From Raja brachyura (Eukaryota), in NCBI GenBank assembly GCA_963514005.1, contig OY740813.1, positions 8,928,001 through 8,992,000 of the forward strand: a stretch of 64,000 nt of DNA, written 5' to 3'. Both the position numbers and the translations under genes were made by a program. Under the pieces are notes generated by a model. The model was not told the DNA's origin, did not search any database, and worked only from the letters and a program-made list of their open reading frames with translations. Shown piece after piece: positions 14,762-28,218 of this stretch. Each line of letters opens with the position of its first letter. Within the stretch, counting starts at the first letter, position 1.

Positions 14762-17700
14762 TTTAGCGGAGTTGAGAACGTGAGTTAATTCAATGAACTT
14801 TATTACGAACGGTAAAACAATGAATAACGCAATAAACGATGTTGCATCCACAAGCTCGAATGAATGAACTTGACAAAAAACACGCGAAACACGCTCCCCG
14901 CGCCCGCCCAGCAGGTGCCGCTATAGGACCCCCCCCCCCCCCCCCCCCCCAAGGTACGGAACCGAGCAGGGAGCCGGACACAACAACCAGAATGCGTGGA
15001 CAGCGGAGGCGGGGCGGGAGTAACAATTGGGAGAGGCCGAACAGGGCCAGGAAACTGCAATGGGGCAGAAAGAACGGGGACGACCAGGTCGGGGGAAACA
15101 GGCACAACTGGTGTGGCTGGATCGGCCGGCAGACAACCTCTACGTCAGGGTAGTACGACCACCACCTGTACACGTACAAGTGGGCTGTACACGTCGACGT
15201 GGGCGGGCTTGAGACGACCAATGCAGAGGAACTCCTCCCGGCCACCCACGTCCAAGGTGAAGGTGGCGACACCGGACCGCAGCACCCGGAACGGCCCCTC
15301 GTAGACCCGCTGCAAGGGGGATCGGTGGGCATCCCTGCGAACAAAAACATAAGCACATTTCTGCAGAACTGACAGCACATGCACCACCGGCAACCCATGC
15401 CGCGAAGTAGGAACGGGAGCTAGCCTGCTCACCCGCTCCCGGAGGCTCGCCAGCAACACCGGGGCAGAGTCCACCCACCCGCAAGCGGCAGGGAGAATAT
15501 CCCTAGGCACCCGCAGGGCCGAGCCGCACACCAGCTCGGCGGAGGAAGCGGCCAAGTCTTCTTTGGGTGCAGTGCGAATACCGAGGGGCACCCACGGCAA
15601 CTGGTCCACCCAGTCCGGACCCGTGAGCCAAGCCTTCAACACCGACTTAAGGTGCCGGTGAAAACGTTCAACGAGCCCGTTGGCCTGCGGGTGGTAGGCG
15701 GTGGTATGGTGTAACCGCGCCCCGTATAGCTGAGCCAGGGAAGGGCCCAGGCCGCTACCTGCTTGCAGAGCCCGTGCCAAATGAACTTGGCCTCCACCAG
15801 TGCAGAGGTCGCCCGTTTGGATGGATGGGCCAGCCCGTGGATGGAATCAAAAACCCGGCGACGCCAACTGGTGGGGACGATGGGGCGAGGCATCGCAAAG
15901 GACCACAGTGCCCGAAGCACCACATGGGACCTCAGCCAACTGGAGGCCAGAATTAGCGGTGTGGTAGTCCGCCATTTCTGCGTCCGCAAGCTGTGCCGCA
16001 GCCAGCTCATCGTAGTCCACGCCATGGTCTACGGCCGAAATGGAGGGGAGGGCCGGGCGGGACAAGGCATCAGCAATGGTGTTGAGCTTGCCCGCGACGT
16101 GCTCGACATCCGTGGTGAACTCCAATATGTAAGCGAGGCGCCGCTGCTGGCGGGCGGACCACGGGTCGGAGACCTTACACAAGGCCAAGGTAAGGAGTTT
16201 GCGGTCCGTAAAGGCAGTCAATACATGTCCCTCGAGGAAATATCAAAAGTGCCCGATGGCCAGGTACAACGCCAGGAGCTCTCGGTCAAAGGCGCTGTAG
16301 TTGCACTCAGGGGCTCGCAGTTGATGGCTAAAAAAGGCCAGCGGCTGTCGACGAGCTGCTCCAGGATGCCGCCCACAGTCCGAGGCGTCTACGGTGAGAG
16401 CCGTTGAGGTTGAGGCCCGCGGGTGGACCAACATGGTTTCATTGGCCAGGGCCGCCTTAGCACCCTCGAACACCTCGTCTGCCTCCGAGAACCATTCGAG
16501 CTCCCACGGCTTGCCCACGAGGCACTGGAACAGGGGGCGCATGATGTTGGCAGCTGCCGGCACGAAACGGTGATAGAAATTCACCATGACGACAAACTCC
16601 TGCAACCCCTTTGCCGTGCACGGCCGGCAGAACTGCCGAATGGCCTTGACCTTTGAGGGTAGCGGGGCGCCGCCTTGAGGTGTGATGCTGTGCCCCAGTA
16701 ACGAGATGGAACGGAGGCCGAAATGGCACTTGGTGGGGTTGATTACGAGGCTGTGATCGAGGAGGCGCTGGAAAAGGGTCCGCAGGTGGACGATGTGCTC
16801 ATCCTGCGTGGGGCTTGAACCAGGATTGCATCGAGGTAGATGAACACAAACGGCAGACCCCTCCCGACCCTGTCCATAAGCCTTTGGAATGCCTGCCCGG
16901 TCGTGTATCGGAGGGCCCAGGGTGGGGATGTGATGTACGACCCCGTGTTTGGGGGCTGCCGCGTTGAAACAGGGTGAGGGAAATCGGTGAGGAGGGAGGC
17001 GTAGGGGCCATCGACTTCGGCGAAGACACTGAGCTGTGGGTGGGGGCGGGGGCCGCACATCGACTACGAGGGAAAATGCCCGCAGGAAATTGGCACCCAG
17101 GAGCAGCTGTGTGTCGGCCACGATGAACGTCCAGTCATACAAGCGGGAGTGGAAAGCGAGCGAGGGTCCACCTGCCGATGGTGCTCCTATTAACGGCCGT
17201 GAGCACTGGGCCCCGCTTACCAGCATGGGTGTTGCGTCGTCGACGTGAGGACCCTGACTATAGCCCTGGAGTCGACGACGAAGCGTCTACCAGAGCGATG
17301 GTCGCGGACATAGAGACAGTTGTTTGGGCCGATCGTGATTGCCTCTACAGACGATCGGCCAAGGCATTTCTCTGAAACAAGCAGGGATGATGGCAGCATC
17401 GAGCCTCAGCACCCCAGCGAAGGTGATAGAAGCACTATTTGAGCATACCCCCCCCCCCGGTGCGCTGCTGTGGCTCTGCAATGGAAGCCATGGGTGGGGC
17501 GTTGCCGCGGTCTTGCCGAGGCGAATGGCGCTCTGGAGCGGAAAAATGGTTATTGGCGCCGCCATCTTGTTGTTTCGCCAGCCAGAGTTCGTTGGCCCTT
17601 TCAGCGAGCTGTATGGGGTCGGCAAAATCGGCGCCAGCGAGCATGAGGCGGATGTTGTCCGGCATCTGCTCCAAGAAGGCCTGTTCAAAGAGCAGACACA

Positions 17701-18221
17701 GACGGTGGCCGTCCATCAGGGCAAGCATTTCCGCCATCAGCACGGACAGCTTGCGATCGCCAAACCCGTCCATGTGTAGGAGGCGGGCAGCGCGGTCTCG
17801 GCGGCTGAGCCCGAACGTGCGAAGAAGGAGGGCTTTGAGGCCTTCGTATTTAGCGAGTGCCGATGGGTCTTGCAGGAAAGGCAATAACCGCAAAGCCGTC
17901 CCTGCGTGAGCGCGCCTACGACGTAGAAGTACTTTGTGTCGTCCACCACTATGTCACGGAGGTGGAATTGTGCCTCCACGTGGTCGAACCAAACCTGTGG
18001 CTGTTCGGCCCAGAACACCGGCAGCTTGAGGCCGACGGCATTCTGTTGAGCGTCGGGAACAATGAATAACGCGAGTTTGTAAGACAGCGAAATAAACAAG
18101 TGTGCCGTTCGAACGAATGAACACAACAAAAAACGCGCAAAACCAACTCCCCGCGCCCGCGTGACTGGAGTAGTCAATCCGAGGGTTTGACTACCCCAAG
18201 GCACCAGCAGGTGCCGCTACA
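14762..18221 (-). mobile_element. Gypsy/Ty3 LTR retrotransposon, internally deleted
   Basis: 4-bp TSD ATCT at 14758-14761 and 18222-18225. Termini are T(T)TAGCGG...CCGCTACA. A poly-G PPT (14929-14950 on -) lies next to the 3' LTR at 14762-14925. Confidence 0.9.
15145..18056 (-). pseudogene. Gypsy gag-pol remnants (gag, protease, RT, RNase H, integrase)
   Basis: gag KLPVFWAEQPQVWFDHVEAQF; protease FVVDSRA; RT QAFQRLMD...YLDAILV; RNase H TVDASD and YSAFDRELLA; integrase TTAYHPQANGLVERFHR and YEGPFRV. There are many frameshifts. Confidence 0.9.
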
Positions 18222-19259
18222 ATCTGATCTGATTGGACAACACACACAAAGCTATCCCTGCCATTCAATAAGAATATTGCTAACTTGATCCATTAAAGCA
18301 GCAAGAAATAAAATAAATAATTAATTAATATCAACCTCTGTCGCTCCAGTAAGATCTTCGTCAAAAATATCTGGGGTCCAGTGTCTAAATTGGAAGGTTA
18401 AAAACAAAAAAATGCTGGAAATTTTCAGTACGTCGGGCAGCAAATGTGGAAAAAAATAAAAATTAACGTTTCAACTCGAAGGATCTGATGGAGAATCAAC
18501 CCATAGATTAATCAAACAGTACCTTCATATACTTATAGAACTCACTCAGAGGATTTCTTCAGGGCACTTCCCTCGTCTTCTGTCTTCAACTGCTTCATTA
18601 ATTACCTTTATGGCACGATAAGAAGTGGAGATATTTGCAAATAATTGTTCAATATTATTTGCAACTTCTAAGCAAATAAAACACTCCATGTTTGCCTTTT
18701 GCAAGACCTTGAAAACAGTTTGATATGTGAATTAGTGGCAAGAAACATTCATGCCACAGAAGTGCCTGTCATGACTATCATTGACAAACAGTCCAACCAT
18801 CAATCCTTGGATATTCAATAGCAAAACCATCACTGCACCTGGAGGTATCATTGACCAGAAACACATCATATAATTGGCCAACCTTATCCATCAGACTGAA
18901 CATTCATTCCACCCTACCACTGATGTACCATGGTTGCTGCACATACTATCTTAAAATTCACTGCAGTTACTTGCCTCATTGAATCTAACAGCAAAATGCA
19001 AATACACAATTTTAATCAGCAGGAAGAACAAGGACAGCAGGCCCAAGAGAACACTATCACCTAGAAATAGACACAAAATGCTGGGGTTACTTGAAGTTAG
19101 AGAAATCAATATTCATACTCCTGTGTTGTAAGCTGCCCAAGCAAAATATGAGGTGCTGTTCCTCCAATTTGCGTTTAGCCTCACCCTGACAATGGAGGAG
19201 GCCCACGACAGAAAGATTAATGTGGGAATGGGAAGAGGAATTAAGGTGTTTATACATCT

Positions 19260-19515
19260 CTGGAGACCCCGACTATGGGTGCTGTCTGTACAGAGTTTAT
19301 ACTGTATGTTCTTCCCGCGTGGGTTTTCTCCGAGCTCTTCATTTTCCTATCACACTCCAAAGACATACAGGTTTGTAGGTTAATTGGGTTAGGTTTGTAT
19401 ACTTGGTATAAGTGTAAATTGTCCCTAGTGTGTGTAGGCTTGTGCTAATGTGCAGGGATCGCTGGTAAGTGGGCCAAAGGGCCTAGTTCAGCACTGTATC
19501 TCTAAACTAAACTAA
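19260..19515 (+). mobile_element. V-SINE, 5'-truncated
   Basis: V-domain and a CTAAA tail. Confidence 0.75.
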
Positions 19516-19984
19516 AAAAATCTGTTGTTGAAGATGTGGACTCATATATCCTCGTTGTTCCAGATATGGAATCTTCTACATCTCTGTTTTTCAAGATGTG
19601 GACTCTTATACATCGGCAAGACCAAAAGTAGACTTGGCTGATCGCTTTCACTCAGTCTGCCTGGACATACCTGATCTCACACTTGCTAAACACTTTAATT
19701 CCCTTTCCAACACTGACCTTACTGTCCGAGGCCTCCTCCATTGTCAGAGTGAGGCTAAACGCAAATTGGAGGTACAGCATCTCATATTTCGCTTGGGCAG
19801 TTTACAACTCAGGGGTATGAATTGTGATTTCTCTAACTACAAGTAACCCCTGCATTCCCTCTCTCTCCATCCCTCCCCCACCCAAGTTGCACCGGCTTCG
19901 CATTCTCACCCACCCAACAGCTAACAATGGCCTGTTTCCTGTATCATTATTACTTTTTTGCGTATCTTTCATTCATTTGTTCTG

Positions 19985-21531
19985 CAGTGGCTTGCAAAAG
20001 TTTTCATACCCCTTGAACTTTTCCACATTTTGTCACGTTACAACCACAAACGTACATGTATTTTATTGGGATTTTATGTGATAGACCAACACAAAGTGGC
20101 GCATAATTGTGAAGTGGAAGGAAAATGATACATGGTTTTCAAATATTTTTACAAATAAAAAACTGAAAAGTGTGGCGTGCAAAAGTATTCAGCCCCCTTT
20201 ACTCTGATACCCCTAACTAAAATCCGGTGCAACCAATTGCCTTCAGAAGTCACCTAATTAGTAAATAGAGTCCACTGGTGTATAATCTAATCTCAGTATA
20301 AATACAGCTGTTCTGTGTAGGCCTCAGAGGTCTGTTAGAGAACATTAGTGAACAAACAGCATCATGAAGCCCAAGGAACACACCAGACAGGTCAGGGATA
20401 AAGTTGTGGAGATGTTTAAAGCAGGGTTAGTTTATAAAAAAATATCCCAAGCTTTGAACATCTCACGGAGCACCAAACCTACCAAGACATGGCCATCCAC
20501 CTAAACTGACAGACTGGGCAAGGAGAGCATTGATCAGAGAAGCAGCCAAGAGGCCCATGGTAACTCTGGAGGAGCTGCAGAGATCCACAGCTCAGGTGGG
20601 AAAATCTGTCCACAGGATTTAGTCGTGCACTCCACAAATCGGGCCTTTATGGAAGTGTGGCAAGAAGAAAGTCCCATTGTTGAAACAAAGCCATAAGAAG
20701 TCCCGTTTGCAGTTTGCCATAAGCCATGTGGGGGACACAGCAAACATGTGGAGGAAGGTGCTCTGGACTGATGAGACCAATATTGAAGTTTTTGGCCTAA
20801 ATGCAAAACGCTATGTGTGGCGGAAAACTAACACTGCACATCACCCTGAACACACCATCCCCACTGTGAAACATGGTGGTGGCAGCATCATGCTGTGGCA
20901 ATGCTTTTCTTCAGCAGGGACAGGGAAGCTGGTCAGAGTTGATGGGAAGATGGATGGAGCCAAATACAGGGCAATCTTGGAAGAAAACCTGTTAGTCTGC
21001 AAAAGACTTGAGACTGGGGCGGAGGTTCACCTTCCAGCAGGACAACGACCCTAAACATACAGCCAGAGCTACAATGGAATGGTTTAGATCAAAGCATATT
21101 CATGTGTTAGAATGGCCAAGTCAAAGTCCAGACCTAAATCCAATTTAGAATCTCTGGCAAGACTTGAAAATTGCTGTTCACAGACGCTCTCCATCCAATC
21201 TGACTGAGCTTGAGCTATTTTTCAAAGAAGAATGGGCAAAAATTTCAGTTTCTAGATGTGCAAAGCTGGTAGAGACATACCCCAAAAGACTTGCAGCCGT
21301 AATTGCAGCGAAAGGTGGTTCTACAAAGTATTGACTCAGGGGGGCTGAATACCTTTGCAATTCACACTTGTTTGTTTTATATTTGTATCATTTTCCTTCC
21401 ACTTCACAATTATGCACCACTTTGTGTTGGTCTATTACATAAAATCCCAATAAAATACATTTACGGTTGTGGTTGTAACGTGACAAAATGTGGAAAAGTT
21501 CAAGGGGTATGAATACTTTTGCAAGCCACTG
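19985..21531 (+). mobile_element. Tc1/mariner DNA transposon (Passport/PPTN-like), full length and decayed
   Basis: Long TIRs CAGTGGCTTGCAAAAGT...ACTTTTGCAAGCCACTG, with TA on the right flank and TG on the left. Confidence 0.92.
20364..21334 (+). pseudogene. Tc1 DD34E transposase pseudogene
   Basis: MKPKEHTRQVRDKVVE..., [25 protein letters not shown] and [14 protein letters not shown]. The catalytic E is replaced by TAG at 21146-21148, and there are frameshifts and a deletion near 20474. Confidence 0.9.
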
Positions 21532-22169
21532 TATATCACTCTACATCATCATCCATATCTCTAGTTTCCTTTTCCCGTGACTTTCAGTCTGAAGAAGGGT
21601 CTCGACCCGAAACGTCACCCACTCCTTCTCTCCAGAGATACTCCCTGTCCCACTGTTACCCCAGCATTTTGTGTCTATCTTCGGTTTAAACCAGCATCTG
21701 CAATTCCTTCCTACACTCTCACCTGGAGGTTCCCCTTAAAGTTACACATTGACCTGTCTTGGTAATCTATCACAATTTCTTCATTGTTCATCCAGGAAAT
21801 CTCTACCCAATAGTCTCATGAGAGTATTTTCGCAATAAGGGCTGAAGTGGTCTAAGAAGGCTGCTCATCATCATCTTCTCAAGTGTAGTTAGGATGAACA
21901 ATAATTGTTGATCTTGCAAACAAATCCTATATCCTGAAAATGAATTCAGGTCAAGTTTATTATCATATGCACTAGTATGATAAGGTACAGGTACAATGAA
22001 AATCTTGTTTGCAGTACCTTCACAGGCACATAGCCTCACACGGCATACAACATATAAATTCTGCATAAATGTTGCATAAAGAATAAAACAAGACATTTGT
22101 GCAAAACAGAATTCGAAACAAAAGTTCTTAGTAGTGCAAGAAGTGTTCCCAAGTGCTCCATTATATAAG

Positions 22170-22393
22170 TGTTAAAGAAGGAACTGCAGATGCTGGAGAA
22201 TCGAGGGTTACACAAAAAGCTGGAGAAACTCAGCGGGTGCAGCAGCATCTAAGGAGCGAAGGAGATAGGCGACGTTTCGGGTCGAGACCCTTCTTCAGAC
22301 TGAAGAAGGGTCTCGACCCGAAATGTCGCCTATCTCCTTCGCTCCTTAGATGCTGCTGCACCCGCTGAGTTTCTCCAGCTTTTTGTGTAACCC
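22170..22393. mobile_element. Fold-back PLE-end mini-element
   Basis: ~94-bp inverted arms (one mismatch) around A22299. TSD CTCCATTATATAAG at 22156-22169 and 22393-22406. Confidence 0.9.
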
Positions 22394-23157
22394 TCCATTA
22401 TATAAGGTTGGATTAGGGTTGTGCAGGTTGGTTCAAGAATCTGATGGTTGTAGAAAAATAGCTGTTCCTTAAGACGTCTTTAGTGACTTTAGACGTCTGC
22501 ACCTACCCATCGGAAGGTGACATGAGCCTCGTAATGATAGATACCGTCTTCCTTGACGCAGCACTTCATGTAGATGCTTTTATGATTGGGGGGACTGTGC
22601 TCCTCCTGATGGACTGAACTGAGTACTTATTTTAACATGTTTGCATATATTGGTGGCATTTACTATAGATAAATACTATTTTTCATCGACATGCAATTAG
22701 AAAGAGGAGCTGTTGCTATTTTTTTCCCATATGCATTCCAAGGCCACAGAAAATAGCTCCAACCGCCTAGTTGCAACTAGTGGATAACAGACAAGAAATT
22801 AGACTCACCACATCTTAAAAATAGTTGTTTTTCAAATTGAAAAACTGTAACCAGTGGTGCTGCATCCTGTATTGTTCACCATATACATTAATGGTTCGAA
22901 AGAGAAAGTGAGTGGTTTGATGTTAGTGACCTTATCAGGACGAAATAATGAGAACACAGGAATACAATAAATTTAGTAAATTTCCTCCATCTCTGTGCTC
23001 TTCTGATTCCAGTTACTTGCACATCCCTATTTTCTTCCTCTCATCATTAGTGACTCGGCCTTCTATTCTCCTGGCATTCTCTCCCCAAATCTCTCCACCT
23101 CTATATTAATTGTCCTTTATGAGGTGCTACATTTTGACCAGATTAACCTGTCCTAAT

Positions 23158-23365
23158 GTAGAAACAAGGAACTGCAGATGCTGGTTTACGCAAAAGGAGA
23201 CAAAGTGCTGAAGTAAATCAGCGATCAGGCAGCATCTCTAGAGAGCATGGGTTGGTGAAGGTTCTGTGTCAGGGTCCTTCTTTGGACTGATAGTAGGGAA
23301 GGGAGAGAAAGTTGGAAGAGAAGAGAGGCAGGACAAAGTGTGGCAGGTAATAGGTGCACACAGGC
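23158..23365 (-). repeat. PLE pLTR fragment; related pieces at ~2255-2350, 10455-10620, 11008-11180, 11424-11810, 31350-31405, 50668-50790, 57197-57320, 59795-60012 and 62715-62806
   Basis: Recurring GGAACTGCAGATGCTGG...GCTGGAGTAACTCAGCGGG...CAGCATCT...GTTTCGGGTCGAGACCCTTCTTCAGAC motif. Confidence 0.75.
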
Positions 23366-26300
23366 AAAGATCTGCCCTAATATGCCTTTTGCCTGTGAGG
23401 CAAAATGTGACTTTTTATTTATTATGTTGAAGAAAGTAAATAAATGCAAGTTGTCTTTCTGTCAGTGGAGATACAATCATAAACCCAGCAATGTAAGAGT
23501 CAAGAATCAAGAGTGTTTTATTGTCATATGTCCCAGATAGGACAATGAAATTCTTACTTGCGGCAGCACAACAGAACATGTAAACATAGTACACAATGGG
23601 AGAAAAAGAAAGTTCAGAGTGTGTATATGCATACATTCACACATACTCAATAAATAAACAAATATAGTGCAATAACAATAATGGTCTGTTATATTTCAGA
23701 GCCTATTTGCTGTTGTGTTTAATAGCCTGATGGCTTTATGGAAGAAGTTGTTCCTGAGCCTGGTCATTATAGTTTTCAGGCTCCTGTACCTTCTTCCCGA
23801 TGGCAACAGTGAAATGAGTGTGTGGCCAGGATGGTGTGGGTCTTTGATGCTGTTGGTGATGTTTACAACAATCATACCATTTTAGTTATGCTAATACAAC
23901 TCCATCACATTTTCCTGTATTAAAACTTTTCTTACAAAGAACAGTTCAGCCGTTGCACATGTGAATAATGTTCTTAAATTAACATGACTCCTGCACACTT
24001 TATACCCATTCTGGCTTTTATGCAGATCAGTTTTGCAATATTTAAAAACAATATTTATCAACCATTCTTGAAGTCTAAGGTATTAACTTGCAAAGAAAAA
24101 GCAGCAAAACAACGCACAAAGACTATGAATAACAATTAGTCAAAAGGCAGCTGAATGTCAAAAAATAGTTTCAACAGTTCTAGTAGTTTATATAATCAGA
24201 AATTTAAATTCTGAGCTCGTTTTGCCAGAAACTATATATGATGCCTACAAATTTTCTCTAAATAAAATGAAGTAAATTTTATATTGCTCTTTCTATAATT
24301 ATTTATTTAAGTTTCCTATTATTTAATTATGGATTCATTGTACACTTGGCTGACTCTCACACAGTTAACCTCACCTCTGTATTTTTTACTTTTCTTCTCC
24401 TATGGTTCAGACTCTTTCTCATTCTCGCTCTTTCTCTGCCTACAACTATCCCTTTTGCTGTCTTCAATGTATTCCCTCCAAATGAGCCTTCTAAAACTAA
24501 ATATGCAAAACTCTTACTATTTATTACCCCTAGATATTGTCAGATCCCCCCCAAGCTATGAGCTTATTACTCTTTCCTGGACATTAGTGTAATCCTCAGC
24601 CATCTTTTGGGAAAAGCAATCAGATTATAGACTATGTGGAGCTTCTATTAACAGCCATGAGGCATTTTGCTCTCACCTACAATACTAAATGACAATCTTT
24701 CAAATTAAACTTAGCAACTTAGAGAAGGGAATTTCAAAATGTTGAACAGCACTGATCTCCTATATCAGTGGCGGTTATATATTGTCACTAAAAAAGCTTA
24801 TAATAGCAAATTACTTCATATCTTAGATTAGACTACACTTGCAGTGCTCTGAATTGATCCAAGCACCACATCTTAGAAAGGGTAAGTCGCAGAGAATATC
24901 AGGCATAATATTCACCTGAATAATATGTGTACCATGTAAATTAATTTACACAAACTACAGTGACATGTTCAGAATTTCCCACGGTGAAGAGTTGCCATTA
25001 AAGTTTTCAAAACATTAAGAACTAATAAATTAAATAGAGGCCATGAAATGTATCAATTTAAGCTAAATTTGTACTGTTTGAAAGACGTGTCAATTTTGTT
25101 TGATGCCATCTGGACTTCTGTCCAAATGTGCACAATGCAACATGTGAACCTAATGATGTGTTCAGGTAACTGAGCATTAAACACATGGGATCAAGGGTAG
25201 CATGCAAACCACAACTTTGTCTCCACAAGCTTGCAGCCTTCCCCATTGTGACCTAGAGTGGTATTAAATGTCTGGATTGATATGGGTACATTTCTGACAG
25301 CTGTGGAAAGAAAATAGCAATTACGGTGGGTGTTCTGGGCAAGGATTGTGTCAGAGCCCCTCAGATAAAATGCCAGAACATACCTTCAGGAAGGTTAACT
25401 TCAGCACCATCCTAGAGGAACCTTCTCCTCTGGACACTTTGGCAACAGCCAAGTATGGAACAGATTATTCAGTTAATTTGAATTTAGTCACCAGAGTTGT
25501 TTCTGAAATCAAGCATGTGTTTCAATGCCAGCATGTAGAGGTGGGGATGCCGCCAGAGCCCAGCCTGTGCATGCGGAGCAGAACAGACAGCCAACCATAT
25601 CTCTCTGGGTGCCCGCTCTACCACCCACCAAATGGAGCTCAGGGCCTGGCAGACATTGACGCAGAGACAACAACCTGGCTGCTCAACACCCGGCATGAGA
25701 TCTAACTATTCCTTTGGTTTATATTTCATTCGCAAGAAGACCAGTTTACTTCTGAGAATCCCTAGAATGCCACCCATCATGGGTTTCATGCCATTTGATG
25801 TCACTCAAACACACCCATTAGCCTCATTGACAAGATGGACAGCGACGGAATTTCCAGAAACACAAAGTGCAAACACTGCTTTAGATTAAATTCCATCATG
25901 CAATGGATAAAATCCTTCTGACATTTTATAAAATTTCTGGCTCAATGTCACAACATGTTCTGTTGTGCTATGCAAAGAAAGATTTTCATTGTCCTATAAG
26001 GGACACATGACAATAAACTCTTTTGACTTTTTGACTTTTTTGACTTTTCAAATTACTATTGTTAGGGAGTCTAGGATTAGGAGACAATCTAAAAATGAGT
26101 TCAAGGCCTTTCAGGCGGGGTTAGGAAATATTGTTTCATGCAGCGGGTAACAGAAATTTGGAACACATTTCTGTAAATTAGCAACCAACATTAAATCAAC
26201 TGTTAATTTTAAATTGAGATTGATAAAATGTTGTTAACAAGTATTGAAGGGTATTGGGATATGGAGTAAGGTCACATAATTACCTCTGATCATATGGAAT

Positions 26301-27000
26301 GCCTGAACAGATTAGAGGATCTGTGGCCTAGCCCTGTTCCTATGTTTCTGTAGCAAACTGGATCAATATCTCATACCAACCAACTGCATCCAATATGACC
26401 AAAACAAAAAGCATTAACGTCTGCAGGAAATGAAGGTTGTGGTCTAGGATCAGAATCTAAAGGGAACAAATTAATGCAGCGTAGAATGAAATGAACAGAC
26501 AGATCAGGGCCTGGGAAAGCTTTACAGAACACTGCAGAGGGTTTCCGTTCTCTTGAGGAAAGAAGCCTGAGAGATAACATAATAGATTAATATAAAATTA
26601 TGAATGGTTTTGATATAGAAAATATTTCCATTTGTGGGAGAAAAGCATGACTACAGGTTATCTTTACAGTCACCAAGGCATCTTACAAGAAATTCAAAAT
26701 AAATGTCTTTACCCAAAGAGTAATGAGATTCAGTGCTCTACATCCTAAGTAATTTTCTGTGATCATGACAAAGAAGGAGATGGTCCTGAACAGGAACATA
26801 ACTGGGGAGCAAAGAAAGGAATATTTGGGGCAGGAAAGGTTCTCTTACGTTTTTTCCTCCTTAAATACAATTTGATAGAAAGCGTGTATTTGTTTGATGA
26901 AGTTCAGTTCATCTGAGATCCAAGCTCAATCCATTGTCCAATCTACCCGAATATCATACATAACGCTGGATTATCTAGTGTGGTTGAAGGCAGGGGATGA

Positions 27001-27243
27001 CAGAGAGTGGTGAGTCTCTGGAATTCTCTGCCACAGAAGGTAGTTGAGGCCAGTTCATTGGCTATATTTAAGAGGGCGTTAGATGTGGCACTTGTGGCTA
27101 AAGGGATCAGGGGGTATGGAGAGAAGGCAGGTACGGGATACTGAGTTGGATGATCAGCCATGATCACATTGAATGGCGGTGCAGGCTCGAAGGGCCGAAT
27201 GGCCTACTCCTGCACCTATTTTCTATGTTTCTATGTTTCTATG
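27001..27243 (+). mobile_element. CR1 LINE 3' fragment
   Basis: RVVSLWNSLPQK-type end and a (CTATGTTT)n tail. Confidence 0.88.
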
Positions 27244-27885
27244 AGACGGTTCCAGTGGTAAATGATCAAATAAGTTAAGTCTAAGCAACAATCCATCTGA
27301 CATCCAAGACCCTAGTGAGGGCAAAAGGGACTAATGCCTACCTGCTTCCAGCTTCCCAAACTGCCTTGATTCTACTTTCCCTTTTAGCCCAATGGGTGCA
27401 AGCAGGTATTTCTTAAAACACAGCAGTGACTTCCCTTCATAAAGCCTTTGTGACTTCCCCAACTGGCAACAGACTTTTAAGATATCAGAAAAGTCCAACC
27501 AGAAGGTACTTTTTTTCTTGAAAATAAAAGCCTGGACCTGTAAAATGTCTAAAATTATAAATGTAATGCAGCAGTTGTAGAAAAAAAGTATATTTACTAT
27601 TATGAGGAAACAAAACCTAGAGGGCATAAATAGACGCCAACAATCTAATAAATTTAGGAGAACCTATTTTACCCAAATAGATAATAACACAAGCCTTCCC
27701 TGGGAAATTCCCTCTATGCGTTTTTATTGTACAGAGAGATTTCTTGTGCATGGTTGTGTTGCAAGGATCAGTTCCAGAAAAAATATTTTTAATAAGCATT
27801 TAGTGCACTCCCAAACCCACTGAACAAGTTTCTGTTTGATATAAAAACTGTGGAAATTCTGAATTTCTGTTCCAGCAGTTCAAGA

Positions 27886-28218
27886 GACAATAGGCAATAG
27901 GTGCAGGAGTGGGCCATTCGGCTCCTCGAGCCAGCACCACCATTCAATATGATCATGGCTGATCATCCACAATCAGTACCCCTTTCCTACCTTCTCCCCA
28001 TATCCCTTGACTGCTATCTTTAAGAGCTTTGTCAAGTTCTCTCTTGAAAGCATCCAAAGAACCAGCTTCCATTGCCCTCTGCGGCAGAGAATTCCACAGA
28101 CTCACAACTCTCTGTGTGAAAAAGTTTTTCCTCATCTCCGTTCAAAATGGCTTACGCCTTATTCTTAAACTGTGGCCCCTGGTTCTGGACTCCCCCAACA
28201 TCGGGAACATGTTTCCTA
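27886..28218 (-). mobile_element. CR1 LINE 3' fragment
   Basis: MRKNFFTQRVVSLWNSLPQR on the minus strand. Confidence 0.88.

Larger units (their letters stand above)
19065..21716 (+). mobile_element. Decayed PLE 3' end with an inverted partial copy upstream; hosts a V-SINE fragment and a Tc1
   Basis: The GIY-YIG C-terminus (GLLHCQSEAKRKLEVQHLIFRLGSL) is on + at ~19600-19846 and on - at ~19088-19245. The pLTR resumes after the Tc1 at 21532-21716. Confidence 0.8.

Noticed and set aside
14790-18204. Many overlapping 100-200 aa ORFs on both strands
   Set aside because: These are shadow frames of the GC-rich Gypsy element; only the minus-strand gag-pol pieces carry recognisable motifs.
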